Positions 25,210-32,000 of a stretch of DNA of 32,000 nt are shown here, one piece after another. The notes beneath the pieces are model-generated. The model worked only from the letters and a program-made list of their open reading frames with translations, did no database searches and was not told the DNA's origin. Within the stretch, counting starts at the first letter, position 1; each line of letters begins with the position of its first letter. Both the position numbers and the translations under genes were made by a program. The stretch lies in contig OZ257143.1 of NCBI GenBank assembly GCA_965279305.1, positions 720,001-752,000 on the forward strand, given 5' to 3'. The stretch comes from Gammaproteobacteria bacterium. GTDB lineage: Bacteria; Pseudomonadota; Gammaproteobacteria; JBIOEC01.

Positions 25210-25437
25210 TTAGCGAGGGTGGAAGGATAATGGCTGAGCGGGAGCACTAAGAGGGTGATGATTATTCAAAGCACCAGCAGCACTTCCATTATTTTCAAGA
25301 GCTAATTGTATACCTAGGTGGCTGGCGCCTGCGGCAACCGTGACATAAGCAGCAGCATAAGTAGCAGATGCTATTGTATTTACGGGAGCTTTTGCAACAT
25401 ATAAACCCGCTTGGTAAGCGAAAGCTAATAATTTCAT
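25210..25437 (-). CDS. Small Ala/Gly-rich hypothetical protein (75 aa from the internal Met)
   Basis: The ORF has a good SD: the minus strand reads AAAGAGGTACCCTATG, giving MKLLAFAYQAG... It is divergent from polA. The composition is low-complexity (Ala-rich), so coding status is uncertain. Confidence 0.35.
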   Translation of the reverse strand: MKLLAFAYQAGLYVAKAPVNTIASATYAAAYVTVAAGASHLGIQLALENNGSAAGALNNHHPLSAPAQPLSFHPR

Positions 25438-25509
25438 AGGGTACCTCTTTAACATAAAACTTAGTTGGTCGTATAGTATAATATTAAAAGTCAGTAAGCA
25501 AGCAAAAAT

Positions 25510-28227
25510 ATGGTAGAAAACACTTCAAAGCCCTTTATTCTAGTCGATGGTTCAGCCTATTTATTCAGGGCTTTTCATGCGCTTCCCCCGCTGACTAATA
25601 GTCATGGAGAACCGACTGGCGCCGTGTATGGGGTTGTTAGCATGTTGCGAAAGCTATTAGCCGATTATGATCCCACTTATATAGCAGTGACGTTTGACAC
25701 TAAAGAGAAGACCTTTAGAGATGACTTATATCCAGAATATAAAGCGCATCGTAAAGAAACCCCTCCAGAATTGATTAGCCAATTCCCTATTTTAGTCGAA
25801 GTGGTAAAAGCTATGGGATTGCCCGTATTGCAAGTGCCAGGAGTAGAAGCCGATGATGTGATGGGCACATTGGCGGTTCATGCAACACAACAAGGTTGGA
25901 AAACATTAATTTCCACTAGCGATAAAGATTTGGCTCAGCTTGTGAATACCGAAGTGACTTTAATGAACACCATGACAGATACTTTTTTAGATGAAGCCGG
26001 TGTGTTAGAAAAATTTGGTGTAAACCCTAATCAGATCATTGATTATTTAACACTGATTGGCGATACCAGTGATAATGTTCCTGGTGTTCCTAAAGTAGGT
26101 CCTAAAACCGCAGCCAAATGGTTAGCCGAATATCAAACACTAGATAATATTATAACTCATGCGAATGCTTTCCCTGGAAAAGTCGGTGAGTATCTACGTC
26201 AAAGTGTAGGACAAATTCCGTTATCCAAACAATTAGTCACTATCAAATTGGATGTTGAATTGGATACCCATATCACCGATTTAAAAAGAAATGCACCTGA
26301 TAATGAAACACTTAAAAAATTATATCAGCGTTTAGAATTTAAAAAATGGTTAAATGAAGTATCGCAAGAAAAAGGCGTAAATCCAGAATACACCGAAATT
26401 CCTACCGATTTAACCCCTATATTAAAATCATATGTCACTATTTTAGAAAAATCGCAATTAGATGAATGGATAGAAAAAGTTAAAAAAGCCAAAATATTTG
26501 CAGTGGATACCGAAACCAATAGTTTAGATCCTCTTACTGCAGAGCTAGTAGGTATTTCCATGGCTATCAATAATGAAGCGGTTTATATTCCATTAGCCCA
26601 TGATTATATGGGTGCACCTGAACAATTAGATCGCAATGAGGTATTAAATACTTTAAAACCCTTATTAGAAGATCCCACCTATATTAAAATTGCTCAAAAT
26701 ATTAAATATGATTGGTCTATCTTAATTCGATATGGCATTAATATTCAAACCGCCCAGTTTGATACTATGTTGGAATCATACGTGCTTAACAGCACGGCTA
26801 GTCGCCATAATATGGATAGTCTAGCGCGATATTATTTACAAAGAAGCACTACGTCATTTGAAGATATTGCAGGAAAAGGCGTTAAACAAATTACCTTTAA
26901 TCAAATAGAAATAGCACAAGCGTCACCTTATGCTGCTGAAGATGCTGATGTTACTTTAGAATTACATCAATATTTTTGGCCAAAAATAGAAGAAGATGCA
27001 GGCTTAAAGCGAGTGTTTACCCAATTAGAAATGCCTTTGGCATTAGTATTAGCGCGCATGGAGCAAAGAGGCGTGTTAATTGATGCCGATTTACTAAAAC
27101 AACAAAGCCAAGAGCTTGATGAAAAGATTAAAGTATTAGAGAAAACCATTTATGATTTAGCCGGAGAAGAATTTAATGTAAGTTCTCCTAAACAGTTGCA
27201 AGAAATATTATTTACTAAATTAAAATTACCCAGCACAGCCAAAACCCCTACAGGGCAACCATCAACCGCAGAATCGGTGTTACAAGAATTAGCGTTTGAA
27301 TATCCTATGCCTGCGCTTATTTTAGAATATCGTAGCTTAAGTAAATTAAAATCCACTTATACCGATAAATTACCCGAGCAGATCCACGCATGTACTGGGC
27401 GTGTGCATACCTCTTATCACCAAGCGGTCACAGCAACAGGGCGATTATCGTCATCGGATCCCAATTTACAAAATATTCCTATTCGTACACCCGAAGGCCG
27501 TCGCATTCGACAAGCCTTTATTGCGCCTAAGGGATCTAAAATTATTGCGGCCGATTACTCACAAATTGAATTACGTATTATGGCGCATTTATCCAATGAT
27601 CCAGGATTGTGCGATGCCTTTTCAAAAGGTTTAGATATTCATAAAGCAACAGCAGCTGAAGTATTTAGTGTGCCTTTAGCGGAAGTGACAGGTGAGCAGC
27701 GCCGAAATGCAAAAGCGATTAACTTCGGTTTGATTTACGGAATGTCGGCTTTTGGTTTGGCTAAACAAATTGGTGCCGATCGTAATACCTCTCAAGAATA
27801 CATTGATCATTATTTTAAACGATATCCCGGTGTTAAAGAGTATATGGAAAACACGCGTAAACAAGCCTCTCAATTAGGCTATGTCACTACCGTATGGGGA
27901 AGACGTTTATATTTGCCTGATATTAATGCGAGTAATCATATGCGTAAAATGGCAGCAGAGCGCACCGCTATTAATGCGCCTATGCAAGGAACGGCAGCGG
28001 ATATTATTAAAAAAGCTATGATCGATATTGATATTTGGTTACAACAAAACCCTCAAATAGGGCATATGGTTATGCAAGTGCACGATGAATTAGTGTTTGA
28101 AGTGGCCGAAGATAAAATAGATTTTTTTATTCCTAAGCTTCAAGAAATGATGACACAAGCTATAGAATTGTCAGTGCCATTAGTGGTTGATATAGGAATC
28201 GGTAATAATTGGGATGAAGCCCATTAA
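25510..28227 (+). CDS. polA: DNA polymerase I
   Basis: The protein has a 5' nuclease N-terminus, the 3'-5' exonuclease ExoI motif FAVDTETNSLD, and polymerase motifs A (DYSQIELR), B (RRNAKAINFGLIYG) and C (QVHDEL). It is 905 aa. Confidence 0.96.
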   Translation: MVENTSKPFILVDGSAYLFRAFHALPPLTNSHGEPTGAVYGVVSMLRKLLADYDPTYIAVTFDTKEKTFRDDLYPEYKAHRKETPPELISQFPILVEVVKAMGLPVLQVPGVEADDVMGTLAVHATQQGWKTLISTSDKDLAQLVNTEVTLMNTMTDTFLDEAGVLEKFGVNPNQIIDYLTLIGDTSDNVPGVPKVGPKTAAKWLAEYQTLDNIITHANAFPGKVGEYLRQSVGQIPLSKQLVTIKLDVELDTHITDLKRNAPDNETLKKLYQRLEFKKWLNEVSQEKGVNPEYTEIPTDLTPILKSYVTILEKSQLDEWIEKVKKAKIFAVDTETNSLDPLTAELVGISMAINNEAVYIPLAHDYMGAPEQLDRNEVLNTLKPLLEDPTYIKIAQNIKYDWSILIRYGINIQTAQFDTMLESYVLNSTASRHNMDSLARYYLQRSTTSFEDIAGKGVKQITFNQIEIAQASPYAAEDADVTLELHQYFWPKIEEDAGLKRVFTQLEMPLALVLARMEQRGVLIDADLLKQQSQELDEKIKVLEKTIYDLAGEEFNVSSPKQLQEILFTKLKLPSTAKTPTGQPSTAESVLQELAFEYPMPALILEYRSLSKLKSTYTDKLPEQIHACTGRVHTSYHQAVTATGRLSSSDPNLQNIPIRTPEGRRIRQAFIAPKGSKIIAADYSQIELRIMAHLSNDPGLCDAFSKGLDIHKATAAEVFSVPLAEVTGEQRRNAKAINFGLIYGMSAFGLAKQIGADRNTSQEYIDHYFKRYPGVKEYMENTRKQASQLGYVTTVWGRRLYLPDINASNHMRKMAAERTAINAPMQGTAADIIKKAMIDIDIWLQQNPQIGHMVMQVHDELVFEVAEDKIDFFIPKLQEMMTQAIELSVPLVVDIGIGNNWDEAH

Positions 28228-29183
28228 AAAATCCGAGGTTGTGTTGCAGCTGAATTAGGTGCGGGTGCTTCAAGCTCATTCACCGCATTTTTAACTGCTT
28301 CGGGTACATTGAACGGTAATTTTAAAAATAAACGTTTATCAGTTTTTAGCTCTGCTTTTAACTTTCTTTCTGAAACACCTGTTGCCCAATTTGTTAACGT
28401 ATTTGCAAAAATAATGGTTTCTAATGCAATCTCTCCAGAGTATCGATATAGCATATAAATTGGGCTAATGATAGAAAGCACCAGAAATGGTAATAACACA
28501 AGACACAGAATAAAAGAAATATAATATTCAATACTAGAAACAGGATGGTTAATTTGATCGAGAAAATCTTTCAAGTAATCAGTCATGTAAGTAAAATAAA
28601 TGGCAGCTACGATGATAACACCCAATCCTATTAAATATTTGGTAGATAATGTTGATAATTCGTACAAGACCTGGGCGTTGCTACTACTGGATTTTTCTAA
28701 ATCATTAAATAATTGTCGAGTTTCTTGATTTAAGAAAGCTAAATCTTGGGTTAAGGCTTCATTGGTAAGAAAAGGAGAGAGAGGTAAATTATTTTTAATA
28801 GCGACTTGTTGAATAGCCAATAAATTATTGAATAAAGCTCTTTTAACTATATCTCTATAAACCAAATGAATAGCATCAGTGGGTAAGCACGAACTTTTTT
28901 TAAGCGCTTCTACTTGGCGTTGTCCTGCTTTTCCATGTTGCCAGATAATTCTAGCAAGGGTTTCACCTAAAGGGTGAGAGTTTAGCGCTGGGTGATTAGG
29001 TTTTAAAGCTTGAAATAAGCTGGGATTTGGGGCAAGTATAAGCACTACCAGCGCGTGGATAAAATTGTTAGCGATATCACGATGGGCAATATCCGTTATC
29101 TGCGATTTAGGCACAGGCCAATTACGATGACTACTCACCACTGAGAAAGCACGAATAAAATGATTATAAAGATTCCCTGCCAT
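28224..29183 (-). CDS. Orphan membrane protein with a C-terminal pair of hydrophobic helices
   Basis: This 319-aa ORF has two long hydrophobic segments (YLIGLGVIIVAAIYFTYM and YYISFILCLVLLPFLVLSIISPIYMLY) separated by about 20 residues. I recognise no conserved motifs. Its stop shares TTAA with the polA stop. Confidence 0.55.
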   Translation of the reverse strand: MAGNLYNHFIRAFSVVSSHRNWPVPKSQITDIAHRDIANNFIHALVVLILAPNPSLFQALKPNHPALNSHPLGETLARIIWQHGKAGQRQVEALKKSSCLPTDAIHLVYRDIVKRALFNNLLAIQQVAIKNNLPLSPFLTNEALTQDLAFLNQETRQLFNDLEKSSSSNAQVLYELSTLSTKYLIGLGVIIVAAIYFTYMTDYLKDFLDQINHPVSSIEYYISFILCLVLLPFLVLSIISPIYMLYRYSGEIALETIIFANTLTNWATGVSERKLKAELKTDKRLFLKLPFNVPEAVKNAVNELEAPAPNSAATQPRIF

Positions 29184-29287
29184 TGTGTACTACGCTGATG
29201 TTTAGTTAGAAAGATTAATTTTATCATTTTAGGATCGGGTAATCAAGAAGAATTATGCTAAACTGAGAACCTTAGAGGGGTAATACT

Positions 29288-30403
29288 ATGCATAAATGGA
29301 TTAAAAGCACCGTTATAGCCTTAACGTTGGGAACCGTCCTGGTCTTTAGATTTGGGGTCTCTTCCGGGGAAACCCCAGCCCCTAGCTTGGATACCATCAG
29401 CCAAGAGATCCAGACTCATTTTGAAGACCATTGGCTAGAGCTGCGCCCTCGAATTCAAGCCCATTATGCCACCCGCCTTTATAGGATCACGGGGGATGAG
29501 CAGTACACAAGCCCACTTTTTATGTTGCAGCTCTCACGTTCTTCTCAACTCTTGGAAGATTGGGAAAAACGAAATGATAAGGATTATGCTACGGAACGCT
29601 CAAGAGCTTTATTAGCTTATTTTAAAGAGCACAAAATATCAGAGCGCACCCTGTTGCGTGCGGATCTGTTTAAGCAATACCCTGAAGTTCCTTTTCAGTT
29701 AAATCTACTCGCTCAGCTTTATCAGGTTTACGATCTGGGGTTATTGGAATCTACACCTTTTAATACCATCAAAAAAAATGATATTACGGAATATTTTAAA
29801 ACAACCCAGTTAAGCGAATTTATTTTAGATAAAAAAGTGATTGAGCTGTATGCCTCTCAGTTATCCGATTATGTGATGGAGCTTAAAGTATTTGGAGTTA
29901 TTGATTTAGAAGACAAATATATGGAAAGCTTTAAGCAGGTGTTTTTTGAAAAACCAGATGAGCAATTATCGCCATTGCAATTGGAATCTAAGTTGTATGG
30001 CATGACCCATATGATTATTGCAGCCAGCCGATACTATCAGAAAAAAGTCAGCGATAAAAAATATGAATGGATTGAAGAATATTTTTCAAAACAGCCTGAT
30101 TTTTTAGTGAATAAAGTAAAAGCTGATATAGCAATGGAAATTGCTTTAGTGTTTTTACTTAGAGATTATTCAACTAGTCATGCGGCGGTAGAAGCAGTTC
30201 AAAAATATATTAAAGCTAATTTTTCTGCTGAGCATAATATGATATTAGGTGTGGATGGGAATGCTGAAATCAATGCGGGCGAGCATCGCAATGTGTTGGC
30301 GTTAATGGTTTTAAAATGGCCTAACCAATTACACGCGGGGCCTAATTTATCAAAAGAGAGTGGTTATCAACGCTTTAAAATAACACCGGGCTTTGATATA
30401 TAG
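29288..30403 (+). CDS. Orphan protein with an N-terminal signal peptide or anchor
   Basis: This 371-aa ORF has the SD agagggg upstream and a hydrophobic N-terminus (MHKWIKSTVIALTLGTVLVF). I recognise no catalytic motifs. Confidence 0.6.
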   Translation: MHKWIKSTVIALTLGTVLVFRFGVSSGETPAPSLDTISQEIQTHFEDHWLELRPRIQAHYATRLYRITGDEQYTSPLFMLQLSRSSQLLEDWEKRNDKDYATERSRALLAYFKEHKISERTLLRADLFKQYPEVPFQLNLLAQLYQVYDLGLLESTPFNTIKKNDITEYFKTTQLSEFILDKKVIELYASQLSDYVMELKVFGVIDLEDKYMESFKQVFFEKPDEQLSPLQLESKLYGMTHMIIAASRYYQKKVSDKKYEWIEEYFSKQPDFLVNKVKADIAMEIALVFLLRDYSTSHAAVEAVQKYIKANFSAEHNMILGVDGNAEINAGEHRNVLALMVLKWPNQLHAGPNLSKESGYQRFKITPGFDI

Positions 30404-30404
30404 C

Positions 30405-31250
30405 CTATTTATCTTTAGCAAGCCACAAAAACTTAGATTTACCTTTTTCTTCTAAGCCTAGCGCTTTTAAGATTTCAGGAAGCAGTGGCTCTATCACTTT
30501 GTCGAATTGCCATGGTGCATTAATAATCACTAATCCTGATCCTTTTAAACGGTTTTGCTCAGCGTTGGGTTTTGACCAACACTCTGCCGCCATGATATTT
30601 TTAAATTCTAGTTTTTTTAAACTATGATAAAAGTTTAATATCTGCTGATATTCTTTGATGGGAAACCAAATGACATAAGTACCAGTATTCCAACGAGTTT
30701 GCATCAGAGTAAGCGCTTTAAGCACTTGTTCAAATTCATCGGTGGCTTCAAAAGGGGGATCAATAAGTACCATTCCTCGTTTCTCTTTGGGTGGCAACAG
30801 TGCAGTTAACGCTTCATATCCATTTCGGTAATGCGCATGTATTTGTTTATCGTGTCTGAAATAATATTGCAATTTTTCATATACCGAAGGATGAAGCTCA
30901 CACAAAATAGCTTCATCATGCTCTCTTAAATATTGCTTGGCAAATAAACCAGAGCCTGGATAAAACTGTAAAGTATCATCGGGATTAAAAGAACGTACTA
31001 ATTGAAGATAATCGGCTAGTGGTTTGGGAAGATCAGCTTTTGCTTTCCATAATTTAGCAATACCGTCTTTGTACTCTAATGTTTTTTGAGAGGGATTGGC
31101 TTGCAAATCATAAATCGCTTCTCCCGCATGAGTTTCTATATAGCACATGGGCGCTGGTTTTTTTTGTAAAAATTCTATTAATTGAAGCACTACTGAATGT
31201 TTAAATACATCAGCGACAGCACCTGCATGATACGAATGTTGATAGTTCAT
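30405..31250 (-). CDS. rlmJ: 23S rRNA (adenine2030-N6)-methyltransferase RlmJ
   Basis: The N-terminus MNYQHSYHAGAVADVFKH and the catalytic LIDPPFE motif are hallmarks of RlmJ (DUF519). The size is 281 aa. Confidence 0.85.
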   Translation of the reverse strand: MNYQHSYHAGAVADVFKHSVVLQLIEFLQKKPAPMCYIETHAGEAIYDLQANPSQKTLEYKDGIAKLWKAKADLPKPLADYLQLVRSFNPDDTLQFYPGSGLFAKQYLREHDEAILCELHPSVYEKLQYYFRHDKQIHAHYRNGYEALTALLPPKEKRGMVLIDPPFEATDEFEQVLKALTLMQTRWNTGTYVIWFPIKEYQQILNFYHSLKKLEFKNIMAAECWSKPNAEQNRLKGSGLVIINAPWQFDKVIEPLLPEILKALGLEEKGKSKFLWLAKDK

Positions 31251-31254
31251 ATAA

Positions 31255-32000
31255 TTATCCTTGTAGCATGGCTTTTAAACTATCGAGATGGCTTTTTCCT
31301 GTTTGCATTTTTTCTTCAGGACTGCGTTTATCATTTCGACCTTCCCAATGTAAATGCTCATCAGGTAATTCAGCTAAAAAGCGACTAGGCTTTGTGCTAT
31401 GAAAATCTTTATAACGTTGCCGTCTTTGTGCATAGCTTAATACTAGTACTTCTTGGGCTCTTGTAATACCTACATATAATAGCCTACGTTCTTCTTCAAT
31501 CGTATCACTTTCTATACTATTTTTATGAGGTAAAATATCTTCTTCCAACCCTACTAAAAAGACAAAAGGGAATTCTAAGCCTTTAGCGGCATGCAATGTC
31601 ATTAATTGCACTTTATCTTTCATATCTTCAGAAGAGGTTTGGCTTAGCATATCCAGTAAACATAAACGCTGAATAACAGAGGCAATATCCATTTTTTCAT
31701 TGGCCACAAGCATTCGTTGCATCCAGGCGATCAAATCATTCACGTTCTTTTGTCGTCGCTCTGCTGCAGGAGGTGATTTACTATTGCTTTGGATCCAATG
31801 GGTATAATCCATATCGGTAAGCATTTGATGTAATATTTGAGTGTTTCTTTGATCATGCAGTTCTTTACTTAATCCGCCTATCCAATCAGAAAACTGCAAT
31901 AAACTCCGTGCACTACTAGAGCTTAATAAGTGAGTATGACCATAATCATGACAGGCATCTAATAAGCTTAATCCGCGTTGTTTGGCATGAGCACTTAATT
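31255..32000 (-). CDS. rep: ATP-dependent DNA helicase Rep, C-terminal part (5' end lies beyond the window)
   Basis: TLHAAKGLEFPFVFL and VGITRAQ are present. The C-terminal tail RFLAELPDEHLHWEG...EEKMQTGKSHLDSLKAMLQG aligns with the E. coli Rep C-terminus. The frame stays open from 31899 to base 32000, so the TTG start in the track is an artefact. Confidence 0.9.
   Translation of the reverse strand, partial: LSAHAKQRGLSLLDACHDYGHTHLLSSSSARSLLQFSDWIGGLSKELHDQRNTQILHQMLTDMDYTHWIQSNSKSPPAAERRQKNVNDLIAWMQRMLVANEKMDIASVIQRLCLLDMLSQTSSEDMKDKVQLMTLHAAKGLEFPFVFLVGLEEDILPHKNSIESDTIEEERRLLYVGITRAQEVLVLSYAQRRQRYKDFHSTKPSRFLAELPDEHLHWEGRNDKRSPEEKMQTGKSHLDSLKAMLQG

Noticed and set aside
20696-32000. uvrD and rep in one window as a possible recent helicase duplication
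   Set aside because: The similarity is limited to shared SF1 helicase motifs. Each aligns specifically to its own E. coli orthologue, including the distinctive Rep C-terminal tail, so they are ancient paralogues.
1-32000. CRISPR arrays, IS elements, integrases, prophage genes and rRNA operons
   Set aside because: I looked for regularly spaced direct repeats, transposase or integrase-like ORFs and terminal inverted repeats, and found none. The only repeats seen are hairpins or palindromes and the coding low-complexity repeat in topA.

Overview
This window is mostly a housekeeping chromosomal segment from an AT-rich gammaproteobacterium. The recognisable genes are rimI-prfC, sdaA, tatABC, a HIT protein, dprA-smg-topA, aroE, a cyclophilin, cytochrome c4-dsbA, tRNA-Arg(CCG), cytochrome c5, a GDPD/ugpQ-like gene, uvrD, polA, rlmJ and the 3' part of rep. 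I saw no rRNA, CRISPR array, transposase, integrase or obvious IS ends. Several orphan genes with no family I can recognise sit among the core genes: 1-795 (5'-truncated), 17523-19901, 28224-29183 and 29288-30403. Together with the AT-rich composition they suggest an intracellular, Legionellales-like lifestyle, but that is inference only. The best candidate for an undescribed system is a tightly packed minus-strand cassette at 22855-24954, between uvrD and polA. It encodes a winged-HTH protein, then a minimal nucleotidyltransferase whose start overlaps it by 11 nt, then a calcineurin-like metallophosphoesterase 5 nt further on. A perfect 35-bp palindrome (24997-25031) lies over the putative promoter. 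The first two genes and the palindrome resemble an AbiE-type (type IV toxin-antitoxin / abortive infection) module, and the phosphoesterase is an extra third component. Other notable points are a histone-H1-like lysine-rich N-terminal tail fused to topoisomerase I and a very AT-rich 792-aa orphan ORF carrying an NLS-like KRKKRKPR patch. All family assignments come from motif recognition by eye. No database search was run.
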